A stretch of 64,000 nt of DNA from Heteronotia binoei. Its lineage: Eukaryota. How positions within the stretch are numbered: position 1 is the first letter of the stretch; every line of letters starts with the position of its first letter. This document shows, in pieces, positions 34,331 to 47,287 of the stretch. The position numbers and the translations under genes are program-made. The DNA lies in contig NC_083237.1 of the NCBI RefSeq assembly GCF_032191835.1, forward strand, positions 49,848,001 through 49,912,000, given 5' to 3'. A model generated the notes under the pieces. That model searched no databases and had not been told where the DNA came from. It saw only the letters and a list, made by a program, of their open reading frames with translations.

Positions 34331-37300
34331 AAACAACGGTCGAAAACTTTCAGAAGCTCCTAAATTACTTGACTGTCTTGAGAAAGGGGGGACGAGTGGG
34401 GTGGCAGCGGCGCTGGGAACACATTCCTCGTTCACCCAAATTCTTTTTAAAAAAATAGTGGTGGTTTTTAATTTAAAAGAATAACACTTGGAGGATAAAG
34501 TCTATTCCGTCTGGAGCGCTCTGTGAAAATCCAGCGCTCTCTGATGTTGGCTTCTTCTGGCTTTGTGTTCCTTATCACTTCCCAACTGCCCGCATCCTGG
34601 CCCATCAGCTCGCAACAACAACAACACACACACACACACAAACGCTCACACTACACCAGATAGACACACACACACACACAAAGTTCTGGCGAGACGTCTG
34701 GGCTTCGAAAGGCTTTTCTCCCGTCGTTTAAAAATCTGTTTACAGCCCAAGCTTTCCCCTTTCCAAGAGCAGAATACTGTGATTGTTTAGTCTTGGGTCC
34801 CCCCTCCTTTTTCTTTTTTTTCTATTTAAACAATGGTGGTTTTTCAAAAGCGAGAGCCTTTTCTCTAAAAGTGTCTTGAAAAGGACCGGTTGGGAAGTGA
34901 CGCCGGATAAGCAATCGGGTGACTTCTGGAACGGAGGCCGTGACTTCCCTTTCAAATCACCACCGCATACGAATCCTAATCATTTCATAAATGATTTATC
35001 CAATGCAACAATGCTTGGGGGAAAAAAACACAAAGGGAGAGAAAGAGAGAGAGAGAGAGAGAGAGATCCATAAAAGCGCACGCACGCGTGCGCGCATAAA
35101 ATCTAACTAACCCCATCTTTATTAGCCCTGTATGTTTTTACTTGCAATGGACATTAGATGGCGCCATTACTCCACTTTAGAAATCAAGAGGCACAGGCGT
35201 TCTTTCCCCCGCCGGTCTCTTTCCCTTTTTTACTCCAAACACCTTGATTTCATTAGGAACAATAAACTGAACGGTTGTTCATAACCGTTGTGAATAAATC
35301 CGTCCGACATAAAATATAAGGTTAATTATGGCGATTTTCCAACTTTTTTTTTTTTGTTGATAAAAAAGAAGGTCCATTACGATTTCTTTGGACGACGAAC
35401 CACCCCCCCCCTCCCCTTAGGAAACCTGACTCACAGATGCGGCGGGAAGTTCTCCTGCGCAGGAGACCTGGACATGAATCTTGCGAAGTTCCTATTGATT
35501 TCAAAGGGGTTGTAAGGACAGGACTTAGCGGGATATTTTGGGCCCGGCCAGCGATGAAGTCTGTGTGTCTCTACATCAGGCGAAGTGTTTTGAGGGGTGA
35601 TTGCGGGAAAGCAGGGAAACCAACCCACCAACCAACAAAACCCCTCATTTAATAGCCCAGCAATATAGTTTTAGGAGGCTGGTTTTGCGCCTCCGCTTAT
35701 GTGGTGGGGGTTGAATAGGGAAAAAAAAAGGGGGGGGAGGTCTGCAATCCTTATACATCCCTGTTCCCCAGCATTTCTTTGGATAGGCAGCCAGGACGGA
35801 CCACAGAAGTGGCGGGGTTAGGTTAGGAGGTCGCTTATTCCGCAGCACCCCCGTTACCTCTGGCTGGGGTCTGAGGAACTGCATGGTGAAACAATGCCCC
35901 TCAATAATCGACAGGCTTGCGAAATATTTCAATCCTTGGAAGGGCTGCAGATCAAGACTGGCAGTTTGCGGGCGGGGGTGGGGGGAGAGGGACCCCCAAA
36001 GTGTGGCTCCATCCAAGCACAGCTCTTCTTCTGGGTGTTTGTCAACATACAAGAGAGCTTGAAGAAAGGGGTTCTCTGAATGCCTGGAAAACCCGTGAGG
36101 AACTTGCCCCCCCCCCCAAGGATCCATTGAAAAGCTTTGCTTGATCCAAGCCATGAAGGCCGACAAGTTTTACTTACAGAAATCTGTTTTTAAAACACAT
36201 TCCCCCACTTTGCATTAGACGGGAGGGTCTCACTCGCCCTCTCCACATGACAATCAATGGCCATTATTGTTGGGGGGAAGGGATAAACACGTTTCAATTG
36301 TTGGGGGGGGGGATAACATCACCAGAAAGGAGAAAATTGGGGCCGGGAATCCCATTTGAATAAAGGATTTTCTGTCCAAAGCTTCCAAGTTCTGTGAGGA
36401 ACATTTGGGCCGCAGGTTCGGCGGATTGTTGGAATTCGATAGACCTTTTGTTGTTGTTCTCGTTCACCAACAAGAACCCTATTTTACAACAGCAGTTAAG
36501 CAAAGCGAAGGAAAAGCTTTCCCCTTTCCCTTCTCAGAGCAACACCAAAAAAAAAAAGAAGCACATTTAAGCAGTTCCACCCTGCATCCAAGCGGTCACC
36601 CTTTAACCAGAAGGAGTTGGGGCGAATTAATAAGCAGCCCTTGAAAAAACAAACGAACGAACGAACAAAACCTCACGGACTCATAAAGTAATGAGAAGTT
36701 ATAGTTTACCAAGTGATGTGTTGGGGGGTGGGGGCGGGATAAGCTTCCCTAATAAATCTTTTTCCTCCACTGGGTCTTTGTAAATCATGTTCCCACTTTC
36801 TCTCGTGGCTTTCGTCTCCCCCTTTAGAACAGAAACATTTGCCTTTCGTCAGAGATCCCTGCTACTGTACGTCCGATGATTTAAAGGCAGCGGCCGATTC
36901 TTGATCCGTTGGGTGCGGACAACAGTAACACATTACGCCTCAAACCTCGCTGCACTTCGGTTAAGATAAAATTTCGCTTCCCAGACCTCTTCTCCCTTCT
37001 ATCGCCTTGCCTGCCTACACGCACACACGTGCCACAAACACACACACGCAATATAGCATGTTGTTGTTCGCAATGCTCATGTTGGTGTGTTGGACCTGCT
37101 CTAGAGTGTGAAACCTCTGTGTGCATGACTCTCCATCGGGCCCACATGCCTACATCAAACTGTTTGTCACAGATATACAGTCTGTTAGGAAATATTGTTT
37201 ATTTGGGATCTGGTGGCCACCAAAGTATACAGCCGCTGGTGTATCTGGGGCTGAGGAGTCCCCGCCTTCTTTCTGGAATCATCTTGGAGAAGTATTTGGA

Positions 37301-37639
37301 ACTTTCAGATGGTTTCCAAGAGTGGGGAAGAGGGAAGGAACCCGGGGTTAAGGATCTGTTGTGATTCGGTGGGTTCGTGTGGGTAGTAATAACCAAACAT
37401 TTTAAACAACAGCAACAGCCAACAACCACAATTTATTCTGCTCGGTGGACGGTAAAGGAGATGATAAAATAAAATCTTAAATGTCTTATTTAAAAAAAAA
37501 GAAGAAGCCAAAAATCTATCCTAAGGCGTTGCCCGCCATGAAAAGAGGTTCCAATTAAGAGAAGAAAACAGTTCGATAAAAGCCGTCTTACACAAAATAG
37601 AATAGAGCTTACTTTAAAAGACGTGAATCTGGGTACGCC

Positions 37640-37720
37640 TTCCTTCCTTCCTTCCTTCCTTCCTTCCTTCCTTCCTTCCTTCCTTCCTTCCTTCCTTCCT
37701 TCCTTCCTTCCTTCCTTCCT
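37640..37720. repeat. (CTTC)n microsatellite
   Basis: About 20 perfect units. Confidence 0.97.
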
Positions 37721-39544
37721 CTCTAAGTCTGAGCTCAGAGTAACTCTTCCAAGAGATTTATCTTGAAATTTTTTACTTAAATTAATAATTTTTCTTTGGG
37801 TTTCTTTCGAGGAGGCCTTTCCGTTTCAGATCTTGTCTGAATCAACCTTTGGGGTGACAACAGAATATAATTTACGGGGTACTGGGGAGGCTGAGTGTCT
37901 AGCAATGTAGAAGGACCCAAGGCCGCAAAAAGAGGGCTCAGAGGTCTTCAAAAGTGTCTTTCGCTGTTTCATGGTTCCCCAGAGAAAGTATCTGAAGCGG
38001 GACAGGAATCTCATGGGAAGCCTGAGGTTTGTAGGGTGGCCATAGGAAGGTGGGGAGGGGGAGCAGAGAGCAAAAGGAGCTCCGAAGTATTATTATTTGT
38101 GAAAACGTCTTGGTAACAGTTGCTGACTGCGTTAAAAGGGTTCCTCGAATTCACCCCCTGTGTGTTTATCACGGGTGAAATTGCCGAGTTAGCATGCTAA
38201 AAAACGGAAGGCAACTTTCACAAACGTCAGTAAAATAGAAAGTCAGCGCCCCCCCCCTACACACCTTCGGCCCCCTCTTCAGCTTCCCAAAGAAACCCCC
38301 CTTCCTCCCCGACTCCAAAGTTAAAACCACCTAGTGGTCCCCCCTTTTGCCGGGCATGGCGCATGGCGATGCTTAGAGAGGGTGGCTTCGAACGCTGGGT
38401 TAATAATGCCCATCGAGGTGGCGGTTTGGAGATGATGAGAGAGAGAGACGGCACCGCATCTTCTTCTCCTGTGTGGAGCGGGGGGAGTGAGGAGGGGGGG
38501 GCAGAGAGAGGAGAGACAACAGGAGGGTGGAAATGATGTTGGGGGGGGGGGGGTGGAGAAGAGAGACTAGAGAGCCGAAAAGTCAATGTTATATATGAAA
38601 AACTATAATCATTTTAATTCAGTATTGACACCCCAACATCTTGCAATAATGGAGTTAAGGCGCCAACGGAAGGCGGGGCTTTTATAGCAGTAGAGGAAAA
38701 GAACTCGTAAAAACCATTTAACAGCTTTTTATGTAGTGCGATATAACCCAGCAAGAACATCTCCGGGTGTTTTATTTATTTATTTATTTATTTTCGCGTT
38801 CTTCTCTCTCTCTCTCTCTTTCCCCACCCCTAAATTTTATGGCGCTTTATAGTTTGTTAAACAGTTTACGGCCCCCCTCTTTTGCCCCCCCTCAGTTACA
38901 AATGGGCCATTTCTCTCCCCTTTTTTGCGCGCTGATAGTTAAACCTTTATCAATAATAAGGAAATTGATCATTAAAATGTTAAATCTGACTACCTCGTTT
39001 GTTTTAAAATATGTTGCGGCTACAGGACGCCGTACGATTTGATAACTCGGTATTAAAATACCAATTACATTTATAGGAGGCTTTTAGAAAAAAACGGGTA
39101 GCAATTAAATCCGGCCTCTTTTTACAGTTTTCCAAAGCAACCCTGACATTTTCCAAAGGCTAAAACTGCCTCGTTAAAAAAAATTTAAAAAATAAAATGG
39201 AAATTAACCATAGGAACGAAGCCTCTCTTTAATTTTTCAACCCTCCCCAAATATCAATCTTTTGGGTGGGCTTAGGTAGATGATTTGTCGTGGGGCGAGA
39301 GATATCTCATTAACGTAGATAGTTTAGCATATTTAATCTCTATATTTACCACACCCCACCCCCCTCTTTCTCCCTCGCTCTCTCTCTCTCTCTGCGCTCT
39401 CTCTCTCTCTCTCGCTCTCTCTCTCTCCCTCTCTCTCTCTCTCCCCCTCTCTTTCCTCCTCCGTCTCACTCGCCTTTCTACTCGCAGGCTGAACAGAGTC
39501 CGTGTGGAGTACGTGGAAACCAATAGGATGAGGGTTCCGTAATA

Positions 39545-39660
39545 GATGCAAATGATCCAGAAAAGACACTGCGAAATATGAACAAACTCATTTGCTCCGA
39601 AGTAAATCACGGAAAAACTGTTTATGAACTGGCACCTCTCCTTGGAAATGTAAAGCGAGG
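39545..39660 (+). promoter_or_regulatory. HOXB8 upstream element
   Basis: Octamer ATGCAAAT 39546-39553, Pbx-Hox site (gtaaatca) 39602-39609 and TTTATGA 39621-39627. Confidence 0.5.
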
Positions 39661-40063
39661 ACTCCTTTTTTTTTAAGTGCCGATTTTTTTATTTTTAGGG
39701 GGGGTTGAAGAAGAAGAAGAAGAAGAAGGAAAAGAAGGGGGGAAAAGAAGAAGGAGAAGAGAGAGAGAGAGAGAGAGAGGTAAAGACAGAGCGTCAGAAA
39801 GAAAGAAAGAAAGAAAGGAGTAACAATCACCTCAAACAACAATAAAAAGAGGATTCTGATACCATGCATTGTGGCAAAGAGTTTTGACTCAATCCTTGGG
39901 ATTTTTTTTTTTAAATCTATGTATATCTGTATATATCCCCGGAAACCACAAAGATTCTTGGGTTAGCATCTCTTCGCTTTCCTCCGCTCCTGTGGCTGTT
40001 GATACACCCCGTCCTCCGTACCTTCCACCTCTTATCTATTTAAAATAAGCTATTTATATTAAA

Positions 40064-40487
40064 ATGAGCTCTTACTTCGTCAACTCCCTGTTCTCCAAGT
40101 ACAAAACCGGAGACTCCCTGCGCCCCAACTTCTACGACTGTGGGTTCGCTCAGGAGCTCGGAGGGAGACCTACAGTCGTGTACGGGCCGAGCACGGGAGG
40201 CACCTTTCAGCACCCCACCCAAATCCAGGAGTTCTACCACGGGGCGTCTTCTCTGTCCAGCTCCCCTTACCAACAGAACCCCTGCGCCGTCGCGTGCCAC
40301 GGGGACCCGAGCAATTTCTACGGCTATGACCCCTTGCAAAGACAAAGCCTCTTCAGCGCTCAGGACTCCGACCTAGTGCAGTATCCGGATTGCAAGCTCG
40401 CCTCCGCCGCCGGGCTGGGAGAAGACGCCGACAACTCCGAGCAGAGCCCTTCGCCCACGCAGCTCTTTCCTTGGATGCGACCGCAAG
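40064..40487 (+). CDS. HOXB8: homeobox protein Hox-B8, exon 1
   Basis: [44 protein letters not shown], with hexapeptide FPWM. Donor G|gtgagg. Confidence 0.97.
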
Positions 40488-41421
40488 GTGAGGAGGCAGC
40501 TTTGGAAAAAGGGCCAGCCGGCCGCCCCGGCCACCGCCGAGGCATTTCCTGAACCCATAAAACAACTTCGCCCTCCTTTCTCCCCCCACCCACCCCCACC
40601 TCTGCCACTAGCCTCCCCACTCCCTCCTCTCCCCCCCCCCAAACCCCTCGGTTACTTTTTTTACTGTTTTATTAGCGTAAACTTTTGCACTTCTCAATAG
40701 CTTGATCGCTTCATTACCCTGAAAGGGACCCTTTTCCTTCTGAATGGGGGAGAGAACCGGACCTCTCTGTCTCTCTCTCCCCCCCCCCACCCCCGTCCCC
40801 CTTTCAATGTGCGAAGCTTCCCCCTTAAAGTTTATGGTACTTTTACAACCTTTAAGACCCTCTTTTTGTGTCTCTCTCTTTAACCTCCCCCTCCTCTTCT
40901 CTCCCCCCTCCATTATTATCTTTTAACCCTCTGGAGAGGCGAGGGGAGCAGGAGAGGACGGGGTGGGGGGGGGACACTGGGGGAGGACTGGTCTGGCCAA
41001 GAGGGTGCTGCTGGCTGGGGAGGGAAGGGTGCTTGTAAAAAAAACGACAGTGCTGGGCGGACGGGGGGGGGGCAATGGGAAGAGCAATATTTTCTTTCAG
41101 AAAAAACCCCCACCAGGGTGGTATTGCCGGCTGAGGGGGCTCGAGCGCATATGTGGTCCTCTTTGCCTCTCTCTCTCTCTCCCCCTCCCCTTCCCCGGAT
41201 AATTGCCTTCCCCTTTGTAATATTAAAGAAGGGCAGTTGCTTCCCTGCCTTTGTGTGTGTGTGTGTGAATGCGCGTTTCTGTCCCTCCTCGCCCTCCCTC
41301 GCTCCCCTTCTCTCTCTCTCTCTCTCTGCCCCTAAACTGTTTTATGTATCGTCTCAACCTTCCTTTTCTCTCCCTCCCGCCTCCCTCCCCCCCTTGCTCC
41401 CCCACCTTTGCAACACCCCAG

Positions 41422-41729
41422 CAGCCGCCGGACGGAGGAGAGGACGGCAGACTTACAGCCGCTACCAGACCTTGGAGCTGGAGAAAGAGTTCCTTTTTAA
41501 TCCTTACCTGACCCGCAAGAGGCGGATCGAGGTGTCGCACGCGCTGGGACTGACGGAGAGGCAAGTGAAAATCTGGTTTCAGAACCGCAGGATGAAGTGG
41601 AAAAAGGAGAACAACAAAGATAAGTTCCCGAGCAGCAAATGCGAACAGGAGGAGCTGGAGAAGCAGAAAATGGAAAGGGTGCAGGAGGTGGAAGAGGGCG
41701 GCGAAGCACAGACCGGGGAGAAGAAATAG
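41422..41729 (+). CDS. HOXB8: homeobox protein Hox-B8, exon 2; 243 aa in total
   Basis: [78 protein letters not shown]. Tandem acceptor cagcag. Confidence 0.97.
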
Positions 41730-42194
41730 GCGCTTGGGAAGCCCACGGACAGGCGAGCCGCAGAAAGCCTCCTTGCTCCTGCCATTCTGCCAGCCGGGTG
41801 TTTTGTGGGGGGGTGGGGATAAACACTGCTTAGGGAAGGGAAACTCCCTCCACTTCCGTTGCTGTAAAACAATATAGCTGTGAGAGTCTACTTCTGATTG
41901 TCCTTTGATACATACAATGAACTATATCTATATTTAAAACAAAAAACAAAAAAGAAATCTTGGGGTCTTTTTAGCTTTGTTGCTATTTTTTTCCCGTTTT
42001 CTTGCCAGTTAAGAATTAGTATTAGTGTAATGCAAATAGCTTCTGTTAACCATGACTGTGAAAATGATTCTCTCTCTCTCTCTCTCCCCTCTCCCTCTCT
42101 CCTTTCTCCCCTCCCCCTCTCTCTCCCCTTCAATGGGGCGCGAGAGATGCTCTCCGGGCTGCAAGAGAATCCCTGAACATTCTATACGGACTGT

Positions 42195-42276
42195 GCCATC
42201 CTCAGTAGAGTTACAGCCGTCTGAAGTCCCTTGAAGTCAATGAGTTTGGAAGGGTGTTAACTCTACTTGGGATGGC
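42195..42276. mobile_element. palindromic MITE-like repeat in the HOXB8 3'UTR
   Basis: gccatcctcagtagagttaca pairs with tgttaactctacttgggatggc, with central ttgaagtcaa. Similar to 12671-12734. Confidence 0.7.
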
Positions 42277-42453
42277 TAAGCGCTCTTCGGAAGACTCTGG
42301 GTTTCCCTGCTTGCGCTTTCCAAAACATAGGAAAGGCGTGAAAAGCGTATTAGAGCACTTTCAAAACCAATTCCCTCTCTCTCTCTCCCCCCCCCCCCTT
42401 TCTCTCTCTGTCTGCCCCCTCCAGTCGTGGAGGTAGCTCTGAAAACATACACC

Positions 42454-42475
42454 CCCGACAACATGAAACTGCCTA
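42454..42475 (+). promoter_or_regulatory. near-perfect miR-196 target (slicing) site in the HOXB8 3'UTR
   Basis: CCCGACAACATGAAACTGCCTA is complementary to canonical miR-196a with two G:U wobbles. Equivalent to the known mammalian HOXB8 site. Confidence 0.93.
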
Positions 42476-42872
42476 TTTCTGATGTAGTTGTTTCCTTTAT
42501 TTTAAGAGTTGACTCCCTTCCTTTTGGCTTCCGAGTTTGCTTTTGTTTATGCGTTTGTCTCTTTAAATGTCTGTCTTAAAAAGGGAAAAAGAGAGAGCCT
42601 CTCTTTCTCTCCTCTCTCTTTCTCTATTTAGTTAGCATGCGCACAGTGGAACAAGTTGTAAAAAGTGCTTTTTTTCCTTCCCCCCCCCCCTTGGGTTTTT
42701 GGGTTCCCCCCCTTTTTCTCTTAGGTTTACTGTGAACAAAAAAAATAAAAGAGAATGTATACTGTATAGGTGAATTACTTTATGGGGGGGAGGGGGAACT
42801 AATGCTATATTTTGTCCTCTTCTTCACTTTGTTCTATTGTTGAAGCTGGAAGCGGCGGAAGAAAGGAGTTAC

Positions 42873-42878
42873 AATAAA
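42873..42878 (+). terminator. probable HOXB8 polyadenylation signal
   Basis: AATAAA followed about 25-45 nt later by a GT/T-rich stretch (tgtgacatggttctttcttcgtct). Confidence 0.6.
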
Positions 42879-44559
42879 GTTTACAAGTCACAATTGCTCC
42901 TGTGACATGGTTCTTTCTTCGTCTGACTTGAAAAGTTCCTCTGGGACATCTTGAAGGGAAGAATTCTTTCTTTAAAAAAAAAAATCGAACAAAACAACGC
43001 TGGCTACCTACTGTTATCCAAGAGAACTTTTGGAAGGATGTGGAAGAAACTTAGGGATGGTGTGTGTGTGTGTGGAAAATGCACCTTAAATACGAACTGG
43101 GGGTGGGGGCAGAGAAAGCTGGGTTTTGTAAAGAGGTATTAACATCTCTTCTGTGACCGAATGGATGTTCTTATTTTTAAGGGGGGAGAACCCAATAACT
43201 TATGTTTATAGGTGTGCATGTGTTTGGAAGCTACTGAATTCTACCCCCTCCTGAGTTCCTTATGGGGTCAGCCCCCCATCTTTCAGAGTCACACAGCTGC
43301 CCTCCTAGAACCACAGAGTGTAATCAGCTTCCCTCTCCCCACCTCCCCTGTTTGCATCCGAACCATGAAAACTTTCAATGCAACCCGCACCTTTCCTTGG
43401 CTTATTTCTTTTTTTTTCCTTTTTGCTTGCTTGCTTGCTTGCTTTCTTGCTTGCTTCCCTTCCCTTTCCTTCCCCCTCCCTTTTTCTTTCCCTTTATTGG
43501 AAGCCATCCCTTGCTTCCCCAGCAGAAAGCGGAGTCACCAGCTGGTCACATTTTCCTTCTCGCTGTAATTGAGTCCAGCAGAAGAGCTGACACGCTTAAA
43601 TAGAGATCTGTTGTAATCTTTCCTCCTCTCTCCCCACCCCCCCTTCCGCCACCGGGAAAAAAGAAAAAATAAAAAGACAGGCAGCTCCGAGCCCAGCGCC
43701 TGTGGCTGTGGAATAAATTACTTATGGAGCTCAGTGGCGCTTAGAAGGGAGGGGGCTGATATTGGAGGGGGGGGGGATATGAAGTATCAACTTGGGGGGG
43801 TGTTGGTGGGGAGTCCTTAGGAAGGGGGGAGAGGAGAAATCCAGGGCCAGAGCCCGTAGCACCTGAGAGTGGCCAAGATACTCGGCTAGAGGCCGGGGGA
43901 TAGGGCGGGATAGAGATCAGTATAGGGTGCTGCTCCTCTGCGCCGGATTAAAGAGCGACAGGGGCTGGGGCAGAGGAAGATGGGGACTGGAGAGGGAACC
44001 ACACCGAAGGACTGCGGCGTCGCTGTATGTTTTAGGCAATCTGGGTACCATCCTGTGGAAATGCTCCTCCAAAACGTCAAATCGCTAGGGAGGGGAGGGG
44101 GTGCGCGCAAAAGCTCATTTCTCCCAGCCGGGCTTCCTTGCCTGGGACAACTTCTGGTGCCTCCTGATTTCATTTCCCCCCCCCCCGCCCCCAAATCCCC
44201 TCCGTCTTCAGCCTACTTTCCTCCCCCCACTCCTCGGTTTGTTTTTCGCCCTCTTTCTTAGCAACCTCCCGTCCTCCTTGGACTCGCCCCCCGATCTTGT
44301 TTCCTTGCCAGCGCCTGTCTTGACGAACTGATATCAGCGGTGGCTTCAAATCCACATCTCTTCTCCTTCCACGCCCGGGTCTTGGGAGATTTTGGCCTCC
44401 CGGCATCAATAATGCATCGTTTTTAATAAACCCCAACCAGTAGTCCACCCACACCGTGCGGAGTGTGGTGTTGTTGTTTGCCCCTTTTCCACATTAGAAG
44501 GGGGACAGCTTAGGGGGTGGAGGGGGGGGGGGAAGAGGTGGAAAGGAGGGAGGAAGCTC

Positions 44560-44727
44560 GGAGCCGATTGGCGGCGCCCGCGTCACGTGGGCCGGAGTCA
44601 CATGGCCACAGGGAGGAAAAAGGGGTTCCTTTTTGGTGTAAATCTGGAGTCTAATTCCGTAATATATCACGGTACCTCGTAAAACCGACACTAAAACGTC
44701 CCGGCCTACAAATCACCCGGCCAGATT
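44560..44727 (+). promoter_or_regulatory. HOXB7 proximal promoter / 5'UTR
   Basis: Reverse CCAAT (attgg 44567), E-boxes gtcacgtg 44582 and gtcacatg 44597, and posterior-Hox site ctcgtaaaa 44676. NF-Y and USF regulation of HOXB7 is established in mammals. Confidence 0.65.
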
Positions 44728-45127
44728 ATGAGTTCATTGTATTATGCGAATGCTTTATTTTCTAAATATCAGGCCGCAAATTCGGTTTTCCCCTCCGGAG
44801 TGTTTTCCGAGCAAACTTCTTGCGCATTCTCGTCCAACGCGCAGCGCGCCGGGTATGGCTCCGGGTCCACGGCCTCTTTCGCCGCCTCCATGCCTGGCTT
44901 GTACCCCAACGGCGGCGGCATGCACCCCCAAGCCCCCGGCATGTATTCCAGCAGCTACGGGCTGGAAGCCGGCTCCTTCAACATGCACTGTTCCCCCTTC
45001 GAGCAAAACCTCTCCATGATGTGTCCGGGGGACGCGTCCAAAGGCAACTGCAACAAAAGCGACCAGAGAGACGCCGACTTGAGGCACGAAAACAACTTGC
45101 GGATATACCCCTGGATGAGGAGCACAG
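44728..45127 (+). CDS. HOXB7: homeobox protein Hox-B7, exon 1 (intact)
   Basis: [44 protein letters not shown]. Donor G|gtgagt. Confidence 0.96.
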
Positions 45128-47129
45128 GTGAGTTTGCCTGGGAGGCCGGAGGGGTATGTGTGTTGGGGGGGGGGGGTGAGCCTGCCTGCGTGTGGGGGGT
45201 GGGTGGGCCTGGGGAAAAACCGTGGGGAGACGGATGTAAATGATTTTAAGGGGAGGGGAACTTGCTGGGGGGGGCGGTGGGAGAAAGATGGCTCTCTCTC
45301 TCTCTCAACTCCTTTTATGACGTGTTCCTCTCTCTTTCGCTCACTCGTCCCCTCTCCCTCTTTGCCTAGAGACCCCCACCCCACCCCCACATGGAGGCAA
45401 CCCTCGGGAAACAAATAAATAAATATCCCAATATTTATTAGTCTTCTTATTCCTGCTGCTATAGCTTTCTCGACGCGGCTCTGCAGGCAGAGTTACGTTT
45501 TTAATTGAGCTGGAGGGGTGGGGGAAGTCTTATTCAGGGCCCCCCTCCCATTTCTCGCTCCTTTCTCTTTCCATCCCTTGCAACTGGGTTCAGGAAACAG
45601 ACGCAGGTTGCTTTTTCTTTCGTGGTTCTTTTGAGTCGACTCCAGGAAAAAAAAGAAAGAAAGAAAGGACAGGAGGGGGTGCCAATGAAGGGAGTTGTGG
45701 GGGGAGCCGGAGCGACGGGATGTGTAGGTGCGTGCCAAGATATACATATTTCTGGAGAGTTTTAAGAAGAGATTGAACCAACGCTACAAGTCTTTCCTCT
45801 GACCCTGGGCTTTTCAGCGCAAGCAAAAAAAAAACCCATGAGTTTCTTCCTCTCGCTGGTCGTCAGAACCCGCAAAATCCACATGGCGTTGACCCCCCCC
45901 CTCCCCCCGAAAAGGGACTCTGGAGAGGAATGGAGTAAGCAGCAGTTTCCCAAACTCACTTGAAATCAAAATGTGCTTTTAGGAGCATAAACGTGTACCG
46001 GTGGGGGCTTTGGTCTGTGAAGGTGGTGGAGCGCCCAAGTGTTTGATAACTGGAGGATGTATACCCAGACCACCATCACCAGTCTCCAAACGTGTCTATT
46101 CCTCTTTTTCGACCAGCATCTTTTTCTTATTGATGTTAATATTTCCACCCCCCCCCTCCCCTCTGGTAAAGTTGGTCCAAAATGTTCGCTCCACCGTTGA
46201 GCTACAATTATGACAAAATCACCCCGTATATATTTTGTCATAATTGTATTTCATCTTCGCAGCGTGGTCCCGTGTTTTGGTTTTTCACCTTGGAGCTAGC
46301 CAAACACCAGAATTACGTTCAAGGGAAAGGTATGAAGGATCTAAAATTCAGATGCCATGTATTTTTTCCGGCTGGGCCTCGTTCTCTTTCAATAAACCAG
46401 ACCGACAAATCAGCAAAAGGAATGCATTTTTATTAAAAACAACTTACAACTTACAAGAAAACTTTGGAGGTTATCAGAACGCTTCCTCCGACTTGAGATT
46501 CAAGACAATGATGTAGCGGGGGTGGTCTGTAGGCTTTTCCCACTTAGTCAGGTGGGATAAGTGATGGAGAAAAAATCAGAAAACCTGTGGCTGCAAAACC
46601 AGATATGGATGTCTCCTGCCCTCAAATATATAAAAGTTACCTGTACAGAAAAAGCCGATAGACTTTATACAAAACAGTAGCTACTGTCCCGTTCCCCCCC
46701 ACCACCACCACCCACCACGCCTCCTTTTCCATGTTAATATTAAGAAAGTCTCAATGCAAGAATGGGCATCAAGTACTGGTTGCTGCTTTGGTCCAACCGC
46801 CGCCCCCCACCCAGGAAAAAAAAAACCCAACAGTAAGTTAATCTATTTATTAGAAAGAACAGAAACTTCACCAAGCGGTGCCGGAGTTGAGGCTGTCAAT
46901 TTCCTTGCTTGACTTTTCTCTCTGGTTGATTAAAAAAAATAATGAAGGTATATGCGATAGGAAACCAGGGGGGAGAGAGGGAGCGACTTCTTGGGAACCG
47001 AACACCCCCTCCCCCCCACACACACATTGGTATGTCCCCCAAATACTGCAAAATAAAACAAAACAACACCTGGTTTCAAGGAAGAAAATAGATCGAAGGT
47101 TTGGTGCGTGAGAGAAGCAAAGGCGATTC

Positions 47130-47195
47130 ACAGCGCAATCCTGAACAGAAGCCGGTGAGCTTAAAACGGTGTCGCTCTGTTTAGGATTGCAGTGT
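47130..47195. mobile_element. short palindromic repeat in the HOXB7 intron
   Basis: acagcgcaatcctgaacaga / tctgtttaggattgcagtgt arms, 17/20 complementary. Confidence 0.6.
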
Positions 47196-47287
47196 AGGCA
47201 TACAGAAGTCAGTTGTTCGGTCCTTGAGGTTTCAGTGCTTGGAAGCCCCCACACAATAGCTTGGCTCCTTAAACACTGTACAGATAT

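Noticed and set aside
40040-45414. Antisense ORFs over HOXB8 and HOXB7 exons
   Set aside because: Shadow frames of GC-rich coding DNA.
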